NCBI GenBank assembly: GCA_963729625.1 | Contig: CAVSOU010000017.1 | Location: forward strand, 256,001-320,000 | DNA: 64,000 nucleotides | Direction of reading: 5' to 3' | DNA from: an uncultured bacterium | Lineage (GTDB): Bacteria > Chloroflexota > UBA5177 > JANWHV01 | Shown: piece by piece, positions 51,251-60,360 of the stretch | How positions within the stretch are numbered: position 1 is the stretch's first letter | Layout: each line of letters opens with the position of its first letter | Notes under the pieces: model-generated | Seen by the model: the letters and a program-made list of their open reading frames with translations, nothing else | Database searches by the model: none | What the model was told of the DNA's origin: nothing | Position numbers and translations under genes: made by a program

Positions 51251-52627
51251 ATGGCTGGCATCGGCTTACGCCTTCATCGATTGGTCGAACGAGGAACCTA
51301 TTTTCAAGCGGCGACTGCCTATCTGGCGTCCGCGGTCATCGGGTCGGGACCGTGGCTCTCTGCCGTGTTCTGGGTAGGGCTGCTCGGCAGTGTCGCTGTC
51401 GCGTTCTTGAGCCATGCCGATCGCGCACTGATGCTCACGACAATTACCTATGTTTTCTGCGCCAGTCTGTTGGTGTCCGGCGGGCCACAACTCGTCGTGA
51501 CGCGCTATCTGTCCGATTGCCTGTACGTGGATGACGAAGATGCGATGGCGCCGGCGTGCACCGGCGTAATGCTCGCGGTACTGCCTCTGCTTGTTCTCGC
51601 GCTGCCGTTCATCGTCCTCGCGCCGTTTGACATTCGGTACCGGTTATTGACCGCCAGCTTGTTCGTAACGGTCTCCCTGATCTGGATGGTCGTAGTTTTC
51701 TTATCCGCAACACGCAGCTATGCCCGCATTGTCGTCGTATTTGTCTGTACATATGGTCTGAGCGTTTTCGCAGCCCTCGGGCTTGGGCAGTCGTTCGGTT
51801 TGCTCGGCAGCCTAAGCGGGTTCATGCTGGGCCAGATCGTTTGTTTGTGCCTGCTCATCGCACATATATATCTGGACTTTCCCCGTTCGCGAGGTCTCAA
51901 TCTCGGGTTTCTTGCCTATGCGTGGCACTACTGGGATCTGCTTGCAATTGGGCTCTTTAGCACGCTCGGCCTCTGGATTGACAATATCTTCTTCTGGTAT
52001 TCCGGGAATGGAATCCTCATTGCGCACTTCTACCATGTCTTTCCGGCATACGATCTCGCGAAACTGGTCGGATACCTATCCGTCATTCCGGCGGCAGCCG
52101 TGTTCCTCGTACGTTTAGAGACGACCTTCTTCCAACAGTATGAACGTTTCTTCCGTCTCGTCTCCAACCAGGGCATTCTGGCGGAAATTATCCTCGCTAG
52201 AAAGGGTATGGAGGCAGCGGTGAGGTCAACCATTGTGACCCTTCTGAAGATTCAACTCGTTGTAGACACGTTCCTTTTGCTGTTGGCGCCAGACATTGCG
52301 CATTTCCTTGGGCTATCCGCAAGTCGCGTAGATACAATTCGCATCCTTATACTGGCGGCGACCTGTCAATTTATGTTCATGATCTTGCTGCTGCTGCTGC
52401 TGTACCTCGACGCACGCCGGCCTGCGCTGAAGGTAACGCTGGTATTCGCGGCGAGCAGCGCCTGTTTCACCCTGCTCACGCTTGCCCTGGGCGCGCCATT
52501 CTATGGCTTTGGTTTTCTCGCGGCTGCGATGCTTGCCGGACTGCTGGCACTTGTCGAGCTCCGCAACCGCCTCAAGCATTTGGAGTACGCAACTTACATG
52601 TTGCAGCCGATGGATCCGGCGCAGTGA
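51251..52627 (+). CDS. pelG: Pel exopolysaccharide transporter PelG
   Basis: MAGIG.RL, GPWL, TRYLSD, GLWID..FW, YD, ET.F; multi-TM. Confidence 0.92.
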   Translation: MAGIGLRLHRLVERGTYFQAATAYLASAVIGSGPWLSAVFWVGLLGSVAVAFLSHADRALMLTTITYVFCASLLVSGGPQLVVTRYLSDCLYVDDEDAMAPACTGVMLAVLPLLVLALPFIVLAPFDIRYRLLTASLFVTVSLIWMVVVFLSATRSYARIVVVFVCTYGLSVFAALGLGQSFGLLGSLSGFMLGQIVCLCLLIAHIYLDFPRSRGLNLGFLAYAWHYWDLLAIGLFSTLGLWIDNIFFWYSGNGILIAHFYHVFPAYDLAKLVGYLSVIPAAAVFLVRLETTFFQQYERFFRLVSNQGILAEIILARKGMEAAVRSTIVTLLKIQLVVDTFLLLLAPDIAHFLGLSASRVDTIRILILAATCQFMFMILLLLLLYLDARRPALKVTLVFAASSACFTLLTLALGAPFYGFGFLAAAMLAGLLALVELRNRLKHLEYATYMLQPMDPAQ

Positions 52628-52742
52628 TGTGCCATCGTAAAGCGCAGCGCTCCATTAGACGCGAAGCGGAAGTGCGCGGGCGACCGCGATTCGGCGACAC
52701 GCGGAGCCGCCGCCGGCTCGTATCATGACTCGGGGTTGAGAC

Positions 52743-54566
52743 ATGACATCGAACTTTTCGCGACCCGCTGAGGCCGCACACGGGCAGCAGACAATTGACC
52801 TGCAGGTCCTCGTGGTCAGCGCCGACGGAGCTGAACCCGGACTTCTCGCGATAACGCAAGCACTGGATGTGCTCGGTACTCCCTACACCGTGCATATCGC
52901 CACGACGCACCGGGGCGGTGTGGTAAGCTCGTTCCTCGCGCACGAGGCGCACGGCTTCTATCAAGGAGTAATTCTCACAACGGGCAGTCTTGCCTACTTT
53001 GACGGCCAAGCCTACGTAAGTGCGTTGAGCCCTGAGGAGTGGCGGATTCTCCGGCGCTACGAGACGGAGTTCGGTATACGGGAAGTGGCCTGGTACACGT
53101 ACCCGACCGCGGAGTATGGTTTCCAGCCGCCCAGAGAAGTGTTTCCCGCATCGAGCGAACCGGTGTTTGCGGCATTTACACCGGCCGGGAGCGCAGTCTT
53201 CAACTACTTGAATACGCTGCGTCCCTTCGAAATCTCCCACGTGCATACCTATCTCGCACGGATGATCGCCGATAACATGAATACTCCGCTGCTGCTCACC
53301 GACGAAGGCCATGCATTGGCCGTGGTGCACACGGCGAACGATGGGCATCAAAGCCTGGCCCTAACCTTTGATGGCAACGCATACATCACGCACACACTTG
53401 CGCTCGCGCAGGGGCTCATCAACTGGGTCACACGGGGACTGTTTCTTGGCGAGCGCCATGTCTTGCTCAGTCCTGAGATTGACGATGTCGGCATTGCGGC
53501 CGAAATCTGGCGTCCTGCCACGAGCGAGGGATCGTGCTCCACGTACCGGATCACTGGCGATGATCTGCAGTGCATCGTTCGCTGGCAACGTGCCAAGCAG
53601 CAGGCGGCCATGACGCAGGGATTGCGACTGAGCATGGTCTACAACGGCCAGGGGAGCACCGCTACCGATGGTCGGCCTGATTCGCTCATGGCCGCTATCG
53701 ATCGGTATCAGTCCGATTTCAACTGGATCAACCATACCTACGGGCACTTGAATCTGGATGATTCAAACTACGCCGAAGGCGAGGAGCAGATCAGACTGAA
53801 CAATGCGGTAGCTCGGGTCAAGGGTTTCGAGCGGTTCAACCCGTTCTGCATGGTCACGCCAGATGTCTCGGGGCTGGCGAATCTGCAGTTCCTGCGGGCC
53901 GCCTACGACAATGGGATCCGCTACCTTGTGACCGACACCTCGCGGCCAGGTTATGACACCGCGCCGCCCAACGCCGCGATTCGCAGCACGTGCCACGCCG
54001 GCATCCTCCTGGTACCGCGGCATCCTACAAACTTATACTACGACGTCTCCACGCCGGCGGAGTGGCTCGCGGAGGATCACTCATTGTATCCACCGGACCG
54101 TAGTGGTCACGCCGCCACGTACGAGCGACTGCTCGATCGCGAGAGCAGCGTACTGTTGCGGTACCTCTTGTTGGGTGACTGGAGCCCATTGATGTTCCAC
54201 CAGGCGAACCTGCGTGTCTACGACCGCGAGAACACGCTGCTCACCGACCTGCTTGAGGCGACGCTGGCCGCGTATGAGCGCATTTTCACGCTACCACTTG
54301 AAAGCCTGCCATTGGAGGAGTTGGGACGACGGATGGCGGAGCGGGCTGCGTTTGATTCGGCAGGGGTACGCGCGTTTGTCACGCGATCGGCGGCGGGGCG
54401 CTGGCAGACCCTGGCACTGCAGGCGAAGCAGGCATGCGTAGTACCAGTTACCGGCCTGCGCCATGAGAGTGCTGAATACCACGGCAGCAGGCCTATTGCG
54501 CACATTCCGCTGGAGCCGGGAGAGAGCACACTGTACGAGGTGCCGGAGAAAGTGCGGCTACCGTGA
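52743..54566 (+). CDS. Agd3-like polysaccharide deacetylase without obvious signal peptide
   Basis: IDDV, WINHTYGH, VSGL, PRHPTNLYY, LMFHQANL; paralog of 42911-45940. Confidence 0.75.
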   Translation: MTSNFSRPAEAAHGQQTIDLQVLVVSADGAEPGLLAITQALDVLGTPYTVHIATTHRGGVVSSFLAHEAHGFYQGVILTTGSLAYFDGQAYVSALSPEEWRILRRYETEFGIREVAWYTYPTAEYGFQPPREVFPASSEPVFAAFTPAGSAVFNYLNTLRPFEISHVHTYLARMIADNMNTPLLLTDEGHALAVVHTANDGHQSLALTFDGNAYITHTLALAQGLINWVTRGLFLGERHVLLSPEIDDVGIAAEIWRPATSEGSCSTYRITGDDLQCIVRWQRAKQQAAMTQGLRLSMVYNGQGSTATDGRPDSLMAAIDRYQSDFNWINHTYGHLNLDDSNYAEGEEQIRLNNAVARVKGFERFNPFCMVTPDVSGLANLQFLRAAYDNGIRYLVTDTSRPGYDTAPPNAAIRSTCHAGILLVPRHPTNLYYDVSTPAEWLAEDHSLYPPDRSGHAATYERLLDRESSVLLRYLLLGDWSPLMFHQANLRVYDRENTLLTDLLEATLAAYERIFTLPLESLPLEELGRRMAERAAFDSAGVRAFVTRSAAGRWQTLALQAKQACVVPVTGLRHESAEYHGSRPIAHIPLEPGESTLYEVPEKVRLP

Positions 54567-55594
54567 CCTGGGTAAGACTGCGTGCCGCCGCATCTGCACG
54601 TGTGAATGCTGCGCGCCGGAGCCTCGGCCCCGGCTTATGGTTGATGCTCATTCTGGGGTCGAGCCTGGCATGGAGCGGGAAGGGTACTGCCGGTATGGCC
54701 ACTAGCTCGATCGCCGAACGGCGCCCATGGAGCGCCATTCACAACTGGGTGTACTGGCTCGATGGACCCCGGCTCGATCAGATTGGCGCCTCGCGCTTCG
54801 AGCTCGCCGTGATCGATTATTCGTCTGATGGAACAGCTCGCGGCGCGTTCAGCGTTGCACAGATTGATTCGCTGCGCCACTCTACCTGCAGCCGGCGTGT
54901 CCTCGCCTACCTTAGCATCGGCCAAGCGGAGGAGTATCGGTGGTATTGGCAGCGAGGATGGCAGCCCGGCGTACCTGCGTGGATTGGGCACGAGGACCAG
55001 GATTGGGCAGGCAACTACTGGGTCCAGTATTGGCAAGCCGGCTGGCAAAGTATCGTGCTTCGATACGTTGACAAGATCATCGCCGCGGGCTTCGATGGCC
55101 TCTACCTCGATCGCATCGATGCCTACATGGAGCCCTATGCGCGTGGGCACCGTGCGGACATGATCGCCTTCGTGGGCGAGATTGCACGGTATGCCCGATC
55201 GCACTCTCCACTTGGTCGGGACTTTGGTATTTTCGCGCAGAATGCTGAGGAGCTCGCAGCTCAGGATCGCGGCTACGCGGAGATCCTGACCGGCCTCGGA
55301 CGCGAGGAGACATATGTGCAGGCAACGAACATTCCGACATCCGCGACCGATCGCGCCGGTACGGAACTCAGCCTGCAGCAGTTTCGGCGACAGAGCGCGA
55401 TCGGACTGGTTCTTACGGTAGACTACGCCGACAGTCAGCCGCTGATCTCCCAAGCCTATAAACGCGCAATGAGCAAGGGCTTCGTCCCTTATGTCACCGA
55501 CGTCGGCCTGGACCGCATGCGGCTCAACCCCGGCTTCCTACCGGAATGCCACGCTCCGACCGCGAAGTCCGCTGGCAAAGGCCCCGGCGCCTGA
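54563..55594 (+). CDS. MJ1477/TM1410-type (GH114/GH166-like) endo-alpha-1,4-polygalactosaminidase
   Basis: LAVIDYS, LAYLSIGQAEEYRWYW, GFDGLYLDRIDAY, QNA, EE, TVDY. Confidence 0.85.
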   Translation: MTWVRLRAAASARVNAARRSLGPGLWLMLILGSSLAWSGKGTAGMATSSIAERRPWSAIHNWVYWLDGPRLDQIGASRFELAVIDYSSDGTARGAFSVAQIDSLRHSTCSRRVLAYLSIGQAEEYRWYWQRGWQPGVPAWIGHEDQDWAGNYWVQYWQAGWQSIVLRYVDKIIAAGFDGLYLDRIDAYMEPYARGHRADMIAFVGEIARYARSHSPLGRDFGIFAQNAEELAAQDRGYAEILTGLGREETYVQATNIPTSATDRAGTELSLQQFRRQSAIGLVLTVDYADSQPLISQAYKRAMSKGFVPYVTDVGLDRMRLNPGFLPECHAPTAKSAGKGPGA

Positions 55595-55786
55595 GATGAT
55601 ACCTGCGGAACGTGGTCTCGCGGCTCGCTATGCTCTCGGCACCTGAGCGATCATCCCAGGCCTCGTCGTGGCTGCCACGATGGTACCGGTGCACCATCGT
55701 GCGCGTGTCAGACGGCAGGACGCCAGACAACATGAGACGAATTGTCGTTACCAAGCAGGATCGTCTTGGTAGAAGATGCCACCAGC

Positions 55787-58027
55787 TTAGCTCCAGCAGG
55801 GCGTCCACGGTCCATTGAGATCGAATGTGGCGAGCGCAGAGCTGAACCGCATCGAATTGGCCTGCGGACAGAACTGCGCCGTGGTCATGCCGTCGTCGCT
55901 GTATTCGGTCTCGAATACGGCCTTGTTGTCGTTGATGAAGGGTGTCTCGGTGCTGCACTCGCTGTACTTGAAGCACTCCTCGTCGATGGAGAAGTCAAAG
56001 CTCGGCTGAAGCGTGGCAACCTGGTCAACGTCGTTCTTGAGCCCTGCTGACAAGCCCAGCGTGTGGGCCGTTGTCGCCAGGAACGTGTTGTATGTGATCT
56101 GGTCGCTGGCCGTGGTAGCAAAGCCGGGAGAGTTCTCATAGGAATCAACGTTGTCCCACTCGATGGCATCGAAGCCCTTTGTCTGACACATCTGGGCACG
56201 CGCCACCATGATAGATTTGAGCGCACTGTAGTTCGGTCCCGCCGGACGCACGTCGAGCCATAGCTCACCGGGCCAGCCGGAGACGGCGCTCCCCTTGAGT
56301 CCTGCGGGGAACAGCGAGTCGTCAGATCGGCCAGGCTCATACGTTCCGGCGTCTATGTAGCAGATGGCGCGGATACCGTTCGCGTGTAAGGTGGCGACGG
56401 TCGAGGCCGGGTTGTCGAATCCGTCGATGTCATACGCCTGGACGGCATGCAGGCCACTCAGGCTGGGCGTGGCGCCGATTTCCCAGAACCACGTCGTGCC
56501 CGGTGTCGGGTGCCAGACGCTGGCTGCCACGGGCGTACCCGTCGACGTCGGAGTAATGGGCGTGCTTGAGGCAGGAGGTGGAGTCGGCGTCTTGGTGGCG
56601 GTCGGCGGTGCGACAGTCGGTATAGCGGTATTCGGCGGGGTTGGCGGGGTGTTGGTGGCGGTCGGCGGTGCGACAGTCGGTGTAGCGGTCTTCGACGGGG
56701 ATGGCGGTGTGTTGGTGGCGGTCGGCGGTGCGACAGTCGGTGTAGCGGTCTTCGACGGGGATGGCGGTGTGTTGGTGGCGGTCGGCGGCGCGACAGTCGG
56801 TATAGCGGTATTCGGCGGGGATGGCGGTGTGTTGGTGGCGGTCGGCGGCGCGACAGTCGGTATAGCGGTATTCGGCGGGGTTGGCGACGCGGACGGGAGC
56901 GACCCTGTGTTGGTGGCGGCGGGCGATGCCGTCGGCGAGCTGATCGGGGAGGGCATGGGCGACGGTGTGAACGTTGGTGCTTGCGCGCCGGCACTCGAGC
57001 AAGAGGGACCCGGCTGCTGCACCGTCCAGGTGGAGAAGTCTGCATACCAAGACGGCAAGGCGATCGCGGTTGCGCCCGAGGAGGCATACGCGGATGAGTA
57101 GTACCAGAAGCCGCCGTTGCCACGGAAGGTCAGCAGCCGGCTCTCGCTGACCGGCGCCGACGATGCGGCCTGAGACGCGGGGTCGCCCTGCACGGACAGC
57201 CAGCGCCAGGCGGGGATGCCCCAGCTGGCCGGAAGCTGCTGGTTGTAGCCATTCTCAACGCTGACGATATCGGCGTAGTTGAACATCGAGGCATCCGGCG
57301 GCACCAGCCCGGGATCCATGATCACCAGTTTCGTGGCGCCGTAGCTCCTGACGCGAGCAGCCCGCGCGCTCTGATATGCCGCGACCCCGGATGCGGTACT
57401 GGCCTGGTCAAAGAACATGCCGTCGTACCCCGCCTGCATGGCCGTGTCGATGCCGGCGTCGACACTCGTAGCCGACGCGGCACCATAGTTGAGCGGGAGA
57501 TACTGGATTGCCCGTATCCCGCTCTGATGCAGGTAGCCAGGAATATCGCTTCGCGCTGCAAGCCCGTCGCCCACGACGACAAAATTGGGTTTCGCGCGAA
57601 CGATGGCCTGCAGCGTCGTGTCGGTGGAGGCGGGATTCTGGATGTAGCCGTAGTACAGCGTGAAAAGCCCATTGCCGGCAGGGCAGGCCGTCTGCGACAC
57701 GACTGCCGAGACTGTGGCCGTAGCGGTGAGCAGGGCCCCTGTCGCGGTCGGAGTCGGCGTGGTGGCCGTAGCGGTGAGCGGGGCCCCTGTCGCGGTCGGA
57801 GCCGGCGTGGTGGCCGTGGCGGACACCGTTGGCGAAACGTGATGCCACGCGTTGTACGTAGGGCGCGCACCTTGCCCGTAGTTCTCCGCATTGCTGCTTC
57901 CGGGTGCGGCAAATGCCCGTGGGAGCGCAGCGACCACGATGCTGCCCGCGACGAGCATTGCGCTCAAGAGCGCCCGCACTACAAGGTGAGACTTCGCGTA
58001 TACCGTGGCCGAACGCCGCGCTGGCAT
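55787..58027 (-). CDS. Secreted GH135 (spherulin-4/Sph3-like) + Pro/Thr linker + GH114 (Ega3-like) fusion
   Basis: N-domain GIRAIQY..YG, DGMFFDQ, IMDPG, ADIVSVE; C-domain YDIDGF, ICYIDAGTYE, GWPGELWLD, GFDAIEWDNVD, LKND, DEEC, ETEY. Confidence 0.8.
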   Translation of the reverse strand: MPARRSATVYAKSHLVVRALLSAMLVAGSIVVAALPRAFAAPGSSNAENYGQGARPTYNAWHHVSPTVSATATTPAPTATGAPLTATATTPTPTATGALLTATATVSAVVSQTACPAGNGLFTLYYGYIQNPASTDTTLQAIVRAKPNFVVVGDGLAARSDIPGYLHQSGIRAIQYLPLNYGAASATSVDAGIDTAMQAGYDGMFFDQASTASGVAAYQSARAARVRSYGATKLVIMDPGLVPPDASMFNYADIVSVENGYNQQLPASWGIPAWRWLSVQGDPASQAASSAPVSESRLLTFRGNGGFWYYSSAYASSGATAIALPSWYADFSTWTVQQPGPSCSSAGAQAPTFTPSPMPSPISSPTASPAATNTGSLPSASPTPPNTAIPTVAPPTATNTPPSPPNTAIPTVAPPTATNTPPSPSKTATPTVAPPTATNTPPSPSKTATPTVAPPTATNTPPTPPNTAIPTVAPPTATKTPTPPPASSTPITPTSTGTPVAASVWHPTPGTTWFWEIGATPSLSGLHAVQAYDIDGFDNPASTVATLHANGIRAICYIDAGTYEPGRSDDSLFPAGLKGSAVSGWPGELWLDVRPAGPNYSALKSIMVARAQMCQTKGFDAIEWDNVDSYENSPGFATTASDQITYNTFLATTAHTLGLSAGLKNDVDQVATLQPSFDFSIDEECFKYSECSTETPFINDNKAVFETEYSDDGMTTAQFCPQANSMRFSSALATFDLNGPWTPCWS
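56592..56886 (-). repeat. Five ~60-bp coding tandem repeats (PTVAPPTATNTPPSP.. linker)
   Basis: 60-nt periodicity visible line by line from 56581 to 56880. Confidence 0.95.
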
Positions 58028-58288
58028 CTTGTTATCTCCACTGCTTCTCCCAAGCACGTGCATGCACGCGCGTTGGTGATCCGCTACATACAATGCCGTA
58101 AAGCCATAGGGACACTATGACCAATGCTTGCGCCGCAGCCAATCACCTACTATGGATGCCCAATTTGGATAGCCAAGATGGGCGGACCAAAGTACTGGGT
58201 CTTGTTGCGGACGCCCGCCGCGCGCTCGTGGCCCGGGAGCCAGCGCACGGCACGGCCCCTGCAAGTCGCGGTTCGCGGGGACGGGGAA

Positions 58289-58326
58289 GTGCTCAGAGCC
58301 ATCGTGCTCAGAGCCATCGTGCTCAG
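58289..58326. repeat. Intergenic 15-bp tandem repeat GTGCTCAGAGCCATC x2.5
   Basis: Seen directly. Confidence 0.85.
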
Positions 58327-58449
58327 CGAGCCGAGGTCCAGCAATGATAAACGATCGCTACGCCAGCCCAAGGATCGAGCTATCGATCTATGCTGAAAGG
58401 CCATGCTGGCGCCGGGGCTCCCCCTGCTGAAGAGAGGGCCCGCCTGTTC

Positions 58450-59850
58450 TCAGGCGACGCCTGTAGCGATTGCCTTTCTCGTCCTCACCTTGCCGTCGCT
58501 GATCGCTGTATCCAGCGAGATCTGTCCCTTGAGATAGGGCATGTAAGCTGCTTGCAGTGCGTCGAACTGCGCATTGTTATTCGCCGCGGTCGGGATCGCC
58601 CGGCTGGCAGGCAGCACGGCTACGACCTCGTCGAGGTAGCGTGGCGCCCAGGGCTTGAGCACCTTGTCATAGGCCGATTTGACGCAGGGGGGCTGCCCGT
58701 TGAACATGGAGCTTCGCCAGAACTGCTGATTGTAGGTCAAGAACGCGAAGAAGTCAGCCACCTCCTGCTTGTGCCGACCATACTTCAGGAGCACGACGCC
58801 GGTATTCCAGAACACCGTGGCCCCGGCACCGCCAGCGCCGGGCTTGGGCAGCGGCGCCAGGCCCAGGTTCTGTACACCGAAGGTTTTGGCCCCTCGCACT
58901 GCTGCGTTGTAGTATTTCAGCAGCATTGCCGCCCTGCCGGATCTGAACTCGGCCTCATCGGCGGAGCCCGTCACGGCTGAACCCGGCTTGAAGATGTCCG
59001 GCGGTGCGTAGGCGACGATCTCTTTCATGTAGGTCAACGCCTTGCGAAAAACTTGCTCCTTGTGAGCCCAGTCCAGGTACCCATCGCGGGTGTAGATATT
59101 GGTATCAATGCTGTAGGCGATGGGGATGAACGTGGGCCAGGCGGTCAAGTCGCACGCGCCGCCGTAAACGCGGGGCTGGTGCCTTACCAGCTTCGTGCCG
59201 ATAGTTCTGGCAGCCGCGATGTAGTCCTCCCAGGTTGCGGGCGGTTTGGCGATGCCGGCCAACTTGAAGTAGTCCTTGCGGTAGGCATAGCCGACGGTAT
59301 CCAGGAGCAAGGGGAACTGGAAGAGCTTGCCTGCGATACTCGATTCCTTCCTCACGGCCGGGAAGAGGTCGCTTATCAAGGCACTGCTCACATAGGGATC
59401 CCAGGGCTCGATCGCTCCCGCGGCATAGAGTTGACCGTTGTCCACGAAGGGCGTGGCGCCGAAGAAGGCATCCCAGTAGCTGGTGTGCCGGCGCGCCTCG
59501 GACACGAGCGTGGCGGTGGGAGTAGTCCCCGCCGGTGCCAGCTTCAGCAGCACGGGTTTGCGGTCGGGGTGCATGGCATTGTACGACTTGACCAGCTGGT
59601 AGACCACCGGGTTGACGGCGGTGAACCAGCTGTCGCACACAATGGTCACCTGCTCGCTCAGGCTAGCTTGGCTGAACCCGGCCTCGGATTGTGCGGCCTG
59701 GACCCCGTCGGGGCGGCGCGCCGGCAGGAGCGCCCCGGCGGCGGCCGCGGACGCGCCGATAGCTCCCATACGGCGCACGAAGTGTTTGCGCGAAAGCGTG
59801 CCGCTGGCATCCTGCCAGTGCTGCTCGCAGGTCGCTTCAGGATTCTCCAT
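58450..59850 (-). CDS. Orphan sugar ABC substrate-binding protein
   Basis: Tat-like leader LSRKHFVRR; YRKDYF..AGI..PPATWED, FRSGRAAM; GGAGG RBS. Confidence 0.82.
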   Translation of the reverse strand: MENPEATCEQHWQDASGTLSRKHFVRRMGAIGASAAAAGALLPARRPDGVQAAQSEAGFSQASLSEQVTIVCDSWFTAVNPVVYQLVKSYNAMHPDRKPVLLKLAPAGTTPTATLVSEARRHTSYWDAFFGATPFVDNGQLYAAGAIEPWDPYVSSALISDLFPAVRKESSIAGKLFQFPLLLDTVGYAYRKDYFKLAGIAKPPATWEDYIAAARTIGTKLVRHQPRVYGGACDLTAWPTFIPIAYSIDTNIYTRDGYLDWAHKEQVFRKALTYMKEIVAYAPPDIFKPGSAVTGSADEAEFRSGRAAMLLKYYNAAVRGAKTFGVQNLGLAPLPKPGAGGAGATVFWNTGVVLLKYGRHKQEVADFFAFLTYNQQFWRSSMFNGQPPCVKSAYDKVLKPWAPRYLDEVVAVLPASRAIPTAANNNAQFDALQAAYMPYLKGQISLDTAISDGKVRTRKAIATGVA

Positions 59851-60360
59851 GGCGATGACCTCCACCAACTGCAACCTCAACGATACGCGCACGGACGACC
59901 GCGCGCCGGTGACACCACCTCTTCGACCCCGCTCTGCCCAGTTACCAGTCCCTGTCCGTGAATCGCGGTATATGGAGTACCCAGCTAGCTCCATCCGACC
60001 GCGGCGACAACCATACAACCCGGAGCAAGAAGTGCGAGCCACCCAGTGCGGCCCGCGACATCCATGAGCTGGACTAGCTACTCCGGCGATGAAAGGTTCT
60101 CCAGGACAGACCCGCGGGAGATCGAGCTGTTCTTCGTGGCAACTGCCCTGATATCCAGGCAATAGTAGTCCGCGATACGGGGCCCGGCCAATAGCATATT
60201 CAGCGAGACCCGGACAGCCGCGCCACAGTGCCACCATTGCTGGGCTCGCTTTATTGGAGTAATGTGGAAAGCGAGAAGCGCATAGCCCGGATGGGCTAGG
60301 ACCTTCTGTCTCCAGTCTGGTGGCGATGCCGCAGGGGCTGGTTAGTCGCTGGACGGTGCA

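Noticed and set aside
56592-56886. CRISPR array
   Set aside because: Contiguous in-frame coding repeats with no unique spacers; no cas genes.
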